Positions 1 through 9,829 are shown, numbered from the stretch's first letter. The stretch: 64,000 nt of DNA from an uncultured Spirochaetota bacterium (GCA_963781885.1 CAWAHW010000001.1:32001-96000); one strand, 5' to 3'. Notes: generated from the letters alone by a model not told the origin. Translations and numbers: made by a program.

Positions 1-1
1 G

Positions 2-379
2 GAATACCGCGCGCGGGGCGGCATGGTGGCGGTGATCTCGCACTCCGAGGTGGAGGTGATCGAGCGACACTACCGCGTCGCGCGCACGCCCCCATTCCTG
101 CCCGACCTCATATTCGGCTGGGAGCACGACGAGTCGCGGCGCAAGCCGTCCCCGTGGCCCGTCCGGGAGGCGCTGCGGAGGCTCGGCTGCACCCCCGGGG
201 AAGCCCTGATCATCGATGACCTGAAGCCGGGCGTGCTCATGGCGCGGGCGACGGGGGTCGCAATCGCGGCGGCGGGATGGAGTCACAGGGTGGAGGAGAT
301 CGAGCGGTACATGCGGGCGGAGGCGGACATGTACTGCGCCTGCATCGGCGATCTGGCCGCGATACTTCTTTCGTCATAG
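2..379 (+). CDS. HAD-superfamily hydrolase, C-terminal part (5' end outside window)
   Basis: Frame open from window start; HAD motifs III/IV: RKPSP...IIDDLKPGVLMARATG..AAAGWS. Confidence 0.8.
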   Translation, partial: EYRARGGMVAVISHSEVEVIERHYRVARTPPFLPDLIFGWEHDESRRKPSPWPVREALRRLGCTPGEALIIDDLKPGVLMARATGVAIAAAGWSHRVEEIERYMRAEADMYCACIGDLAAILLSS

Positions 380-470
380 CGCCGCCAAATGCCTCGGACT
401 ACCGCGGCCGCCTTGAGACACGCACGATTTCTCACTATACTAGGAAAGCGTTCCCGGGAGGGGTGAACGC

Positions 471-1673
471 TTGAGCATGAAGCGCGACACCCTGAAACTC
501 TTCAGAACGATTGAGACTCTTTTCAGCATCAAGGACCTTGACTCGCTGCTGGAGAACGTGCTCACCGAAGCGCGGCAATTCGTCAACGCGGATGCGGGCA
601 CGATCTATCTCGCCGCCCGGGGTTTTCTCTATTTCAGCTTCGTGCAGAACGACACACTGTTTCGCGGTGAGACCAAGGACAAGTACATCTCCAGCGGTGC
701 GTCGATCCCCATCGACAAGGCGTCCCTTGCCGGCTACGTGGCCAAGTCCGGTGAGACGATCCTCATCGACGACGTCTATCACATCCAAAGCGACGTCACC
801 TTCTCCTTCAATCCTGCCTTCGACCAGAAGACGAGCTATCGCACCCGCTCCATCCTTTGCGTGCCCCTGAAGACGCGGGAGAACGAGGTCGTGGGCGTCC
901 TGCAGCTCATCAACGCGAAGAACGAATCCGGCGAGGTCGTCGCGTTCTCCATGCAGGACAAGCTTTTCATCTCCCAGTTCGCGCAGAACGCGGCGGATGC
1001 CATCGAAAAGGCGCGCATGTCGCGCGAGATGGTGCTGCGCCTGGTGGAGCTCGCCGAGCTGCGCGACCCCTTCGAGACGAGCCAGCACGCCAAGCGCGTC
1101 GGGGCCTACGCGGTGGAGCTGTACGAGAAATGGGCCCAGCGCCGGAACGTCTCGGCGCGGGAGATACGAAAGGTGCGGGACGTGCTGCGCACGGCGGCGA
1201 TCCTTCACGACGTCGGCAAGGTCGCCGTGAGCGACACGATACTGAAGAAGCCCAACGCGCTCTCCTACGACGAGAAACAGGCCATGCGCCTGCACACGAT
1301 ACACGGCGCCCGGCTTTTCAAGCGCACGACGTCCTTCTGGGACTACATGTCCGCGGAGGTGGCCCTCAATCACCACGAGAACTGGGACGGCTCGGGCTAT
1401 CCCGGGCGCCTCGACAACCTCTACGCGGAGAAGATCTACATGGGCCCCGGCAAGCAGGGCACGGAGATACCGCTTTCCGCGCGCGTTGTTTCCATTGCGG
1501 ACGTCTATGACGCGCTGGTCTCCGAGCGGGCCTACAAGCAGGGGTGGCGGCAGGAGCATGCCTTGCGCTATATCCGCTACCAGGCGGAAAAGAAATTCGA
1601 TCCCGAGCTGGTCGCATTGTTCACCCAGATGGGCGACCTTCTGACCGCGATTGCAAAGAAGTACGCCTATTAG
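471..1673 (+). CDS. GAF + HD-GYP cyclic di-GMP phosphodiesterase
   Basis: N-terminal GAF (NADAGTIYL...FDQKTSYRTRSILCVPL..VGVLQLIN); LHDVGK and HHENWDGSGYP motifs; ADVYDAL. Confidence 0.92.
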   Translation: MSMKRDTLKLFRTIETLFSIKDLDSLLENVLTEARQFVNADAGTIYLAARGFLYFSFVQNDTLFRGETKDKYISSGASIPIDKASLAGYVAKSGETILIDDVYHIQSDVTFSFNPAFDQKTSYRTRSILCVPLKTRENEVVGVLQLINAKNESGEVVAFSMQDKLFISQFAQNAADAIEKARMSREMVLRLVELAELRDPFETSQHAKRVGAYAVELYEKWAQRRNVSAREIRKVRDVLRTAAILHDVGKVAVSDTILKKPNALSYDEKQAMRLHTIHGARLFKRTTSFWDYMSAEVALNHHENWDGSGYPGRLDNLYAEKIYMGPGKQGTEIPLSARVVSIADVYDALVSERAYKQGWRQEHALRYIRYQAEKKFDPELVALFTQMGDLLTAIAKKYAY

Positions 1674-1734
1674 GGCGGGCGGTGACAAACGCACGGCGTG
1701 CCGGTGTTCAATTCCTGGATCTCGGAGGTGAAAC

Positions 1735-2064
1735 ATGTATTGCCAGAATTGCGGGAAGGAGCTTTCCAACCAGGCATCATTCTGCCCGAGCTGCGGGCAT
1801 CCCGTGCGCACCGCGACCTTCGCGCCGGGCTTCCGGTCGGACAAGGCCGTGAGCCACTACAGCAGGCTGGCGGCGATGCTGCTCGCGCTCTTTCTCGGCG
1901 TTATCGGCGTGCATCGTTTCTACGTCGGCAAGATCGGTACCGGCGTTGCGATGATCTTCACCCTCGGCGGCTTCGGCATCTGGGCGCTCATCGACTTCAT
2001 CATGATCGTGGTCGGCAGCTTCACCGATTCCGAGGGTAAATACGTGCTGGACTGGGGCATCTAG
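1735..2064 (+). CDS. zinc-ribbon + TM2 domain membrane protein
   Basis: MYCQNCG...FCPSCG; LFLGVIGVHRFYVGKIGTG...TLGGFGIWALIDFI; SD GGAGG upstream. Confidence 0.9.
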   Translation: MYCQNCGKELSNQASFCPSCGHPVRTATFAPGFRSDKAVSHYSRLAAMLLALFLGVIGVHRFYVGKIGTGVAMIFTLGGFGIWALIDFIMIVVGSFTDSEGKYVLDWGI

Positions 2065-2130
2065 GGCGCCGACAGCTTCCGGCCGCCGCGACCCTTCACG
2101 CAGCGGCGCTTTCGGGCTACACTCTCCGCG

Positions 2131-4587
2131 TTGATGCCCGCCCAGGTTTCCGGCCTCTCCGGCGTTTTCCACCAGCTTCGCGATCATGCCCTCTACCTGC
2201 CCAACCCCGGTTTTGCAAACCCGTCGTGGGAGGAGGCAGGTCTGCGTGTCCTGATCGCCCGGCTGTCGCCCTTTGCCGACGTGCAGAGATCGACGCCGCA
2301 CCTCTTTCTGTGCCGCGAGGCGCGTGCGGCGCTTCCCGATGCGTACATTGACATGTCCTTTCTTCCGCTCCGTCACGATGCGGCCTTGCTCGAAGGGGCG
2401 GGCCTGCCGCTCCTGCTGGGAACGCAGTCGCACCGGGCCGCTACCGACTTCGACGTCGTGCTCGTCTCCAATTCATGGCTGCTCGAACAGGCGAATCTCC
2501 CCTATCTCCTTTCGCACTCCGGCATCCCCGTCTGGTCCCGCGAAAGGGATGACGGCTGGCCGCCCTTCATCGTGGGCGGCTCCAACGCTTCCGCGGCGCA
2601 CGCCCTTGTGAAGGAGGACGGCGACTGTATCGCGGATGCGATCTTCTTCGGCGAGGGCGAGGCCACGGTGGGGGAGATCCTTCATCTGTGGAAAAAGTTC
2701 GCACCGATGCCGAAGCGGCAGAGACTTACGCGAATAGCGTCGGAGGTGGACGGCCTGTGGCCTTCCGGCAGCCTCGACCTCCCGGTGCGAAAGGCGCAGG
2801 CTTCACCTGATGCGCCCCGCGCGGCGCTGCGGGGCGCACCCGTGCTCCCCGGCCCTGAGGCGTCCACGGCGCGCCTTTCCATCTCGCACGGCTGCCCGTG
2901 CCTCTGCTCTTTCTGCTTCGAGGGACACGACCGCGCGCCGTATCGCGAAATCAGCGCCGCCATTCTCCTGGAAGAGGCACGGGAGCTGAAGCGTGCAACC
3001 GGCGCGGACACCCTTGAAGTGGACAGTTTCAACTTCAACACCCACGTCGAGCTCGCGGCTCTGCTCGAGGGTTTTCACCTCCTTTTTCACCGGGTGAATC
3101 TCATGAGCCAGAGGGTCGACATCCTCGCGCGTCACCCCGGCCTGCTCGACCTGGAGATTGCCGCTGACAAGCGCAGCTTCACGCTCGGCATCGAGGGGAT
3201 CAGCGGCCGCATGCGGCGTTTTCTCCACAAGAGCCTGGAGGACGCGGACATCCGCCGGGCACTGGAGGCGCTGCACGGAAAGGCCATCCGGGAAATCAAG
3301 CTTTTCTATCTCCTTTCAGGTCACGAGACGGGTGACGATTTCGAGGAGCTTGCGGGTTTCGTGCGGTGGCTGAAGGAGCTCCGCCAGCGTTCGCCGGCGC
3401 CCCCGCGCATGGTGTTTTCATTCGGCATGCTCGTCCGCATGCCCTTCACGCCCCTGCGCCACGATCCTCCCCTGCTGGACGCGCAGGCGTGGCGGGCGCC
3501 GATCGGCCGGGCAAAATCGATCTGCGAGACAAATGGCTTCGAGTTCCGCCGCGCCATGGACTGGCCCGAGTACTGTGCGACACAGGTGCTCGCCGCAAGC
3601 GGCCACGACGTGTACCCTCTTCTCCTGCAGATCGCACAGGCAGGCCCGGTCGACAGCGGGGGGCTCGGTCCGGGAGCCGCAGAAGCCGTGACGCATTGGG
3701 TGGAGAACAGTCACGAAACGGTTGCCGGAAATGCAGAGACGGAACACGCGTTCGGATTCCCTTTTCTCGAGGACGCGGAGACCCGCGCATTCCTGCGCCG
3801 CCAATACAAAAAGGCCGTTGCCGGCCTGGATGACGGCTATTGCTGGAGGGGCGCGCCGGGCAGCCGTGTCTGCGCCACCTGCACGGGCTGCACGCGCAAT
3901 CCGCGCAAGCCCCGCGGCGCTGCGGCAACGGCGGAAGGAACGGCCGCGGCTCTCGCTGCCCTGGTTGGCCGCAAGCATCGGCTGAAGCCCCTCATTGCAC
4001 GGGCCCGGCTGCCGCAGGAAGCTGCCGGCATGGGCGCGATCTGGGCAGGTGCGTGGCTGCTGCGGGAAATACTGAAACGGCATCCCGAGCAAATCGACAA
4101 CGTCCTTGCCGTGCGCGAGGCATTCGTCGAGGACTCAGGCGTGCTGGGCCCGGATATTCCCTGGTTCGGGCAGACACTTGTCGCGATTACCGCGTGGGAC
4201 ACGGAGCCCTTGGCAGAAGTGATTGCAGATCCTGCCGGTCCGCTTGCTGCCGCAGAATCCCTGCACGATCGGGAGGCTGTGCGCCGCATCGGCGTGCGTC
4301 TGGAGCTTCCCACGGCGCTTTTGCCCGATCCCGCCGGGCGCCTGGCCGATTATCTGCGACAACATCACGCGCCGGTCACGCTCACGAGGTCAAACGGCGT
4401 GGAGACGCTCATCGTGCCGGAAAAATCCATGAAGAAGCAGATGCTGCGCGGGGGCACCTGCCGACGCGCGGAGGAGGCATCTGTGTTTCAGCTCGTAATG
4501 GGCAGGAGGCCTTTTCTCGGAGACTTTCTTTCGACATTCGACGGAGCCACGCGCGGCGCGCGCGCCGAGATCACCGAGATCGGCTGA
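2131..4587 (+). CDS. large radical SAM protein (resembles B12-binding TIGR03960-like family) with C-terminal extension
   Basis: CxxxCxxC motif GCPCLCSFC; IVGGSNA...DAIFFGEGE; FTLGIEGISGRMR; second Cys cluster CW...CATCTGC. Confidence 0.8.
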   Translation: MMPAQVSGLSGVFHQLRDHALYLPNPGFANPSWEEAGLRVLIARLSPFADVQRSTPHLFLCREARAALPDAYIDMSFLPLRHDAALLEGAGLPLLLGTQSHRAATDFDVVLVSNSWLLEQANLPYLLSHSGIPVWSRERDDGWPPFIVGGSNASAAHALVKEDGDCIADAIFFGEGEATVGEILHLWKKFAPMPKRQRLTRIASEVDGLWPSGSLDLPVRKAQASPDAPRAALRGAPVLPGPEASTARLSISHGCPCLCSFCFEGHDRAPYREISAAILLEEARELKRATGADTLEVDSFNFNTHVELAALLEGFHLLFHRVNLMSQRVDILARHPGLLDLEIAADKRSFTLGIEGISGRMRRFLHKSLEDADIRRALEALHGKAIREIKLFYLLSGHETGDDFEELAGFVRWLKELRQRSPAPPRMVFSFGMLVRMPFTPLRHDPPLLDAQAWRAPIGRAKSICETNGFEFRRAMDWPEYCATQVLAASGHDVYPLLLQIAQAGPVDSGGLGPGAAEAVTHWVENSHETVAGNAETEHAFGFPFLEDAETRAFLRRQYKKAVAGLDDGYCWRGAPGSRVCATCTGCTRNPRKPRGAAATAEGTAAALAALVGRKHRLKPLIARARLPQEAAGMGAIWAGAWLLREILKRHPEQIDNVLAVREAFVEDSGVLGPDIPWFGQTLVAITAWDTEPLAEVIADPAGPLAAAESLHDREAVRRIGVRLELPTALLPDPAGRLADYLRQHHAPVTLTRSNGVETLIVPEKSMKKQMLRGGTCRRAEEASVFQLVMGRRPFLGDFLSTFDGATRGARAEITEIG

Positions 4588-4593
4588 TCCCCT

Positions 4594-4959
4594 TCAGGGC
4601 GTCACGCCGGCCCCTGCGGGCCAGCTTTCCTGGATGTTCTGCAGTATTTCCTCATAGGGATACGCGCCGGTGAGCTTCATCCGCGCCTCCCCTTTCCAGA
4701 AGAGCATGATCGTGGGGATGCCCTGGACCTCATAGATCTGCGCGACGTGAGGCCTCCGGTCGACATTCACCTTGACGGTGAGGATACGCCCCGCGTATTC
4801 GTGCGCCAGCCGCTCGATAGCAGGCGAGACGATCCGGCAGGGGCCGCACCACTCGGCCCAGAAGTCCGCCAGCACGGGCATCTCTGACACGCGGATGAGC
4901 TCGAGAAATGAACCGGGCAGCCCCGCCACGTGATGATCGCCCATTGCTGCTGCATCCAT
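4594..4959 (-). CDS. trxA: thioredoxin
   Basis: DFWAEWCGPC, VKVNVD, VQGIPT; start codon uncertain (4959 or 4944). Confidence 0.92.
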   Translation of the reverse strand: MDAAAMGDHHVAGLPGSFLELIRVSEMPVLADFWAEWCGPCRIVSPAIERLAHEYAGRILTVKVNVDRRPHVAQIYEVQGIPTIMLFWKGEARMKLTGAYPYEEILQNIQESWPAGAGVTP

Positions 4960-5045
4960 TCCGAGCTTGAAGATACTCACGGGATGGCTGCGATGCAAAC
5001 CGCCCACCTCTTGCTCGCGCCGGCTCCTGCCGCTACATTATCGGC

Positions 5046-5639
5046 ATGCCAGCAGCCGTTCACGTTCCCACCCGGCAGGAGGCAATGGAGCTTTTCCTGC
5101 AGCACAATTCGAGCGAAAGCCTGCGCGGCCATGCCCTCTCCGTGGAGGCGGTCATGCGCCACTATGCGCGGCTCTACGGCGAGGACGAGGAGAAGTGGGG
5201 GATCATCGGCCTCGTCCACGATATCGACTACGAGCATTTCCCCGAGCAGCACTGCCGCAAGAGCGTGGAAATCCTCACCGAGGCGGGATGGCCACCCGAG
5301 TACATCCACGCCGTGGTGAGCCACGGGTGGGGAATATGCTCCGAGGTGGAGCCGACCGAGAGGATGGAGAAGGTCCTCTATGCCGTTGACGAGCTCACGG
5401 GACTCGTGAAGGCATCCGCGCTCATGCGGCCGTCGCGGAGCGTCCTGGACATAGAAGCCTCATCCGTGAAGAAGAAGTGGAAAGATGCCCGGTTCGCCGC
5501 CGGCGTGAACAGGTCCGTCATCGAGAAGGGCGCGGCCATGATGGGCGTGGAGATCGGCGATCTCATCGCCCAGACGATCGCCGGGATGCGGAACGTGGCA
5601 GCGCAGATCGGCCTGGCGGGAGCGGCCGCACAATCCTGA
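5046..5639 (+). CDS. HDIG/HD-domain metal-dependent hydrolase
   Basis: HALSVEAVM, GLVHDIDYE, AVDELTG, KKKWKD.RFAAGVNR. Confidence 0.88.
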   Translation: MPAAVHVPTRQEAMELFLQHNSSESLRGHALSVEAVMRHYARLYGEDEEKWGIIGLVHDIDYEHFPEQHCRKSVEILTEAGWPPEYIHAVVSHGWGICSEVEPTERMEKVLYAVDELTGLVKASALMRPSRSVLDIEASSVKKKWKDARFAAGVNRSVIEKGAAMMGVEIGDLIAQTIAGMRNVAAQIGLAGAAAQS

Positions 5640-5658
5640 CGGCTGCGGCCTCGGGCGT

Positions 5659-6336
5659 TCAGACGGCCATCAGCGTCTCCATGGCTTCGGTCGACGTCTC
5701 GGGTGCAACGACGCGGATGAAGCGCGCGATGTCTTCGAGGTGGGAGCGGACCCGCGGCGCCCCGATGCCCGCCGGCGCATAGACCGTGAACAGGAGATCC
5801 CGCGTCTCGGCCATGACGGGCGAGCGCTTGTCCGGGCCATGGAGGACGCAGGAGATGATGCCCTGGCCGTCGGATAGTGCCATGTCCCCTTCCTTCAACG
5901 TTCGCTCCTCTCCATTCAAGGTCACGTAGCTCTCGCTACCGTCGGCCGCGAACGCGCGCAGGGGCGGGGATATCCGTGCTATGTCGTGACCGGCCGTCAG
6001 GAGCATGTTCGAAAGCTCCGCCATGAACATGGCCTGCACCAGCGCGCTCACCGACGGTATCGCACGTCCTTTCCAGATCACCGACTCGAGCTGCAACGCG
6101 ACGTGGTAGGTCTTTTTGAAGCGTCGGTAGTAGGCCTCGTACGCCGCCATCACCGGCTCCGCCCGGAGCGCCTCCTTGCCGCCTGCCCCGAAGCGCGCGC
6201 GCAGGTCGGCTTCCACCTTCTCCCTCAGCCGGTCCAGACCTTCATGCCGCGCAGCGTTGCGCGCGCCGCGCATCGTGAGGATGCCGATGACCGCCCCGGG
6301 GTATGCCTTTCTCAGGCTCTCATCGATCTCCAGCAC
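5659..6336 (-). CDS. stand-alone B3/B4 (PheRS beta editing-like) domain protein
   Basis: AYEAYYRRFKKTYHV.LQLES, LLTAGHD, D.QGIISCVLHGPD; GTG start at 6336 follows SD AAGGAGGA. Confidence 0.85.
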   Translation of the reverse strand: MLEIDESLRKAYPGAVIGILTMRGARNAARHEGLDRLREKVEADLRARFGAGGKEALRAEPVMAAYEAYYRRFKKTYHVALQLESVIWKGRAIPSVSALVQAMFMAELSNMLLTAGHDIARISPPLRAFAADGSESYVTLNGEERTLKEGDMALSDGQGIISCVLHGPDKRSPVMAETRDLLFTVYAPAGIGAPRVRSHLEDIARFIRVVAPETSTEAMETLMAV

Positions 6337-7264
6337 TTCGTCCTCCTTCACTCTTTCGGCCGATCAGGATTCCCGCGACAACCGCCGCGCAGCCCAGCAG
6401 GTGAATCGGGCGCAGAGGCTCGCCGAGCACGAGCGCGGAAAGAACGAGCGCGCTCAACGGGAGGGCGGCGGTGGCGACGCCGGTCCTGCTTGCCGGTATC
6501 CGCAGTGCACCATGCCCCCAGAGAATGTAGGCGATGACGGTCGCCACCGCGCCATAGTACACGAGCGACACCCACCCCACGATCTCGATCTGCCGCAGCC
6601 GGAAGCCGCGCAGATCCAGGAGCGCGAACGGCAGCATCATGAGCGCGCTCATTGCCACGAGGACCGTCGTGTTCGTGATGGAGCCGATGCGCCCACCGGA
6701 TGACTTGCGGAAGATCGTCAGGAGGGATTCGCAGACGGTGGCGCCCAGCACGAGGAGATTGCCGACGAGATACCCGTGGGATCCGCGCGCGGGGTTGCCC
6801 CAGAGATTGATCAGGAGAAGCCCCGCGACCGCAAGCCCCACGCCGCCCGCACCGGCGATGCCGATGCGCTCCTTCAGCACCACTGCGGCGAGCACGGCCA
6901 TGACCGCGGGCGCCGCGCTCGTGATGACTCCGGCATTCACCGCGGAAGTGAAGCGCAGGCCCGACAACGTGCAGACGCGGAAGAGCACGATGCCGAAAAG
7001 GGCCTGGAGAAACATGTAGAGAAGCTCGCGGTGCCCGAGGAGCAGTAGCTCCCGTCGGCGGACGATCTGCGCGGGAAGGATGGCGACAAGGGCGGCACAG
7101 AGGCTCAGCTCGACGGAGAGAAAGACCGGTATGCGTACCGACAGAAGCTTTCCCACGACGACGCTGCTGCCGGCAAGCGCCATTGCAAGAACGACCTCCA
7201 GGAGGCCCCGTCTTTCATCGCGCGAATCGGGGCGGACCGCTGCGGGCAGGGTGTCTGCGCTCAT
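6320..7264 (-). CDS. DMT/EamA family exporter
   Basis: ~10 hydrophobic segments in two repeats; GLRFTSAVNAGVI, LKERIG, LGEPL. Confidence 0.9.
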   Translation of the reverse strand: MSADTLPAAVRPDSRDERRGLLEVVLAMALAGSSVVVGKLLSVRIPVFLSVELSLCAALVAILPAQIVRRRELLLLGHRELLYMFLQALFGIVLFRVCTLSGLRFTSAVNAGVITSAAPAVMAVLAAVVLKERIGIAGAGGVGLAVAGLLLINLWGNPARGSHGYLVGNLLVLGATVCESLLTIFRKSSGGRIGSITNTTVLVAMSALMMLPFALLDLRGFRLRQIEIVGWVSLVYYGAVATVIAYILWGHGALRIPASRTGVATAALPLSALVLSALVLGEPLRPIHLLGCAAVVAGILIGRKSEGGRSAGDR

Positions 7265-7291
7265 ACTTTTCCCGTGTCAAATGTAGGGATG

Positions 7292-7342
7292 GAAAGTGGT
7301 TTACGAAAGGTCCACTTTCATGGATAATTCATAGGTCCACTT
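7292..7342. promoter_or_regulatory. putative MocR-family operator between divergent EamA and MocR genes
   Basis: Inverted repeat GAAAGTGG(7292-7299)-N12-CCACTTTC(7312-7319) plus direct repeat AGGTCCACTT at 7308-7317 and 7333-7342. Confidence 0.7.
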
Positions 7343-7355
7343 CCAGGAGGGCCCA

Positions 7356-8762
7356 TTGCCATTCCTCGCCATCGACCGCGCGGCGACCGCCCCGCTCACG
7401 CGGCAGGTCTACGATCGGCTGCGGGGGCTCATCCTCGACGGGACGCTGCCGTCGGGATCGCGCCTGCTCTCCACGCGCCGGCTTGCCGCGGAGCTCCGCG
7501 TCTCGCGCAACATCGTCCTCGATGCCTTCGACCAGCTCCTCGCGGAGGGCTATGTCACGACGCGGACCGGCGCCGGCACCTTTGTCGCGACGGGCGCCAC
7601 GTTCCATCCCGGGAACCCGCCGGATCTTTCGGCAATACGCCGCGTCGGATTCAGACCCTTTCACGCGGATCTCATCGATTTTCGCTCCGGCCTTCCCGAT
7701 CTCAGGCTCTTTCCCGTGCGGACATGGCAGCGATTGAGCCGCGAGGTCTGGGGCAGCCTCACGCCGCTGGATCTCTCCTATGCACAGCCGGAAGGCAGGC
7801 CGGAGCTGCGGGAGGAGATCGCCCGCTATATCGCCGCCCATCGGGGGGTGCGCTGCCACCCCGAGCAGATCCTCATCACGGGCGGAACGACGCAGGCTGT
7901 CGGCATCGTGAGCAGGCTGCTCCTCCGCGGCAGCCGCGCCGCCTGCGTCCTGGAGGACCCCGTGACGGCGGACATCCAGCGCATCGTCACGGTTTCGGGG
8001 GGGCGCATCATTGCCGTGCGCGTCGACGGGCAGGGATTGGACGTGGAGGCGCTTCCCGCCCGGGCGCGGCCGGGGTTCATCTATGTCACCCCGTCGCACC
8101 AGTTCCCCCTGGGCGTGACCATGCCCATCCAACGGCGCGCGCGGCTGCTCGCCTGGGCCCGGGCACGCGGCGCCTATGTCGTGGAGGACGACTATGACAG
8201 CGAGTTCCGCTACGACTCGCCGCCCATCAGCTCGATACAGGGCCTGGACCCCCGGCAGGTCGTCTACATCGGCACCTTCAGCAAGACGCTCTGCCCTTCT
8301 CTTCGCATCGGCTATGTCGTCTTCCCTCCGGAGCTGGTGAACAGGGGCCGGGAAGCAAAGTGGTTCACCGACCTGCACAATTCATCCGTGGAGCAGATCG
8401 TCCTCGCGCATTTCATCCGGGAGGGTCATTTCGTGCGCCACCTCCACAGGATGAAGAAGGCCCACCATGCCCTGCGGCTGGCGCTGGAGACCGCGCTCCG
8501 AAAGCAATTCGGCGACGCGGTCGAGATCATCGGAAGCTCCGCGGGCCTCCACCTCTGCGCGCGTTTTCCCGGCGCGCGGTTCAACGCCGCCACCCTTGCA
8601 ACGATCGAGAAGGAAGGCGTGAAGGTTTACCCCGTGGAGGAGCACGCAATCCGCAAAGGACGATGGGCGGACACGCTCGTGCTGGGCTACGGGATGCTCA
8701 CACCCGGCCGCATCGGTGAGGGTATCGCGATCCTCCGGCGCTGCGTGAAGAAAGGCGGGTGA
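7356..8762 (+). CDS. MocR/GabR-family regulator (GntR HTH + PLP aminotransferase domain)
   Basis: LPSGSRLLSTRRLAAEL.VSRN; YVTPSHQFPLG, EDDYDSEFRY, GTFSKTL.PSLRIGY. Confidence 0.95.
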   Translation: MPFLAIDRAATAPLTRQVYDRLRGLILDGTLPSGSRLLSTRRLAAELRVSRNIVLDAFDQLLAEGYVTTRTGAGTFVATGATFHPGNPPDLSAIRRVGFRPFHADLIDFRSGLPDLRLFPVRTWQRLSREVWGSLTPLDLSYAQPEGRPELREEIARYIAAHRGVRCHPEQILITGGTTQAVGIVSRLLLRGSRAACVLEDPVTADIQRIVTVSGGRIIAVRVDGQGLDVEALPARARPGFIYVTPSHQFPLGVTMPIQRRARLLAWARARGAYVVEDDYDSEFRYDSPPISSIQGLDPRQVVYIGTFSKTLCPSLRIGYVVFPPELVNRGREAKWFTDLHNSSVEQIVLAHFIREGHFVRHLHRMKKAHHALRLALETALRKQFGDAVEIIGSSAGLHLCARFPGARFNAATLATIEKEGVKVYPVEEHAIRKGRWADTLVLGYGMLTPGRIGEGIAILRRCVKKGG

Positions 8763-9295
8763 CGATGCAACACTCCACCATCAGCGCCTGCGGCCGGATG
8801 TTTAATCTTTCGCGCTCGACGCTGCTCTACTACGATTCCATAGGGCTTCTCAGACCCTCGGACAGGACGCCGGCAGGCTATCGTCTGTATGGCGAGCAGG
8901 AATTGAAGCGTCTCGCGCAGATACGGCTTTTTCGCGACCTGGGAATTCCGCTGAAACGGATCGGGGCATACCTCGGAAAGCGGGGCGAAGGCGTCGCGCC
9001 CGTCCTCCTCCAAAGGCTCCTGGCGATCAATGCGGAGATCGATGGGCTGCGCGGCCAGCAGAAGGCGATCCTCGACCTGATCGAGCAGGATGGCGCGCTG
9101 AAAGGCGCAAAGCCTTTCCTCGGCAGGAAAAAGGAGCTGGGCAGGCAGGCGGGAATCACGCCGGCAAACTATCGCGGCATTCACCGGCTCTTCGAGAAGA
9201 CGTCACCCGCCGAGCACCGGAGATTCCTCCGGCACCTCGGCTTCACGACGACGGAGATCCGGACATTCCTGAAGGAAAACGGAAAAAAGAGTTGA
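8759..9295 (+). CDS. MerR-family transcriptional regulator
   Basis: TIS...FNLSRSTLLYYDSIGLL.P..RTPAGYRLY; GTGA overlap with MocR stop. Confidence 0.92.
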   Translation: MTMQHSTISACGRMFNLSRSTLLYYDSIGLLRPSDRTPAGYRLYGEQELKRLAQIRLFRDLGIPLKRIGAYLGKRGEGVAPVLLQRLLAINAEIDGLRGQQKAILDLIEQDGALKGAKPFLGRKKELGRQAGITPANYRGIHRLFEKTSPAEHRRFLRHLGFTTTEIRTFLKENGKKS

Positions 9296-9322
9296 CCCGT
9301 CTACGGCTTCACAGTCGAGACT
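9292..9322 (+). promoter_or_regulatory. MerR-type promoter with 19-bp spacer
   Basis: TTGACC (9292-9297), 19 nt containing imperfect dyad CCGT...ACAG, GAGACT (9317-9322); ATG 6 nt later. Confidence 0.65.
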
Positions 9323-9328
9323 GGGGAC

Positions 9329-9814
9329 ATGAAAACACCTAAATGGAAGGCTGGCGAGCGGAGCGAGCGGATCGGCAGGTTCTCTCTCGATGGAAAGCCC
9401 CGTGACATCTTCCCCCTCCTTTGTCCGGTCCGTGAGTACGAATGGCTGCCGGGCTGGTCGTGCACGATGGCGTATGCGGTCTCGGGCGCGGCGGAGAAGG
9501 ACGCGATCTTTCACACCGTCGAGGCATTCGGGAAAAAGGCGGTGTGGACTCTCATCACGTTTCAGCCGGACGGCTTCGTCGAGTACCTCATCGTTTCCGG
9601 CCGGGATGCGGTGGTCCGGCTCAGCATCTCGCTGGTCGAGAATCCCGCCGGTGGCACCGATGTGACGTGGCGGATGCTCTTCACCACCACCTCGTTGCCG
9701 GGAAAAACGGTGGTGGCCCATGCATTCTCCGAAGAGCGTTTCCGCGCGATGATGGAGCGAAGACAGGCGGAGCTGGGACACTTCCTCACAACGGGGACGA
9801 TGATCGGCACGTGA
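9329..9814 (+). CDS. hypothetical protein, SRPBCC/START-like ligand-binding fold
   Basis: IFPLLCPVREYEWLPGW...; beta-rich body with C-terminal helix (ELGHFLTTG). Confidence 0.65.
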   Translation: MKTPKWKAGERSERIGRFSLDGKPRDIFPLLCPVREYEWLPGWSCTMAYAVSGAAEKDAIFHTVEAFGKKAVWTLITFQPDGFVEYLIVSGRDAVVRLSISLVENPAGGTDVTWRMLFTTTSLPGKTVVAHAFSEERFRAMMERRQAELGHFLTTGTMIGT

Positions 9815-9829
9815 GAGGCCGAACCGCAA

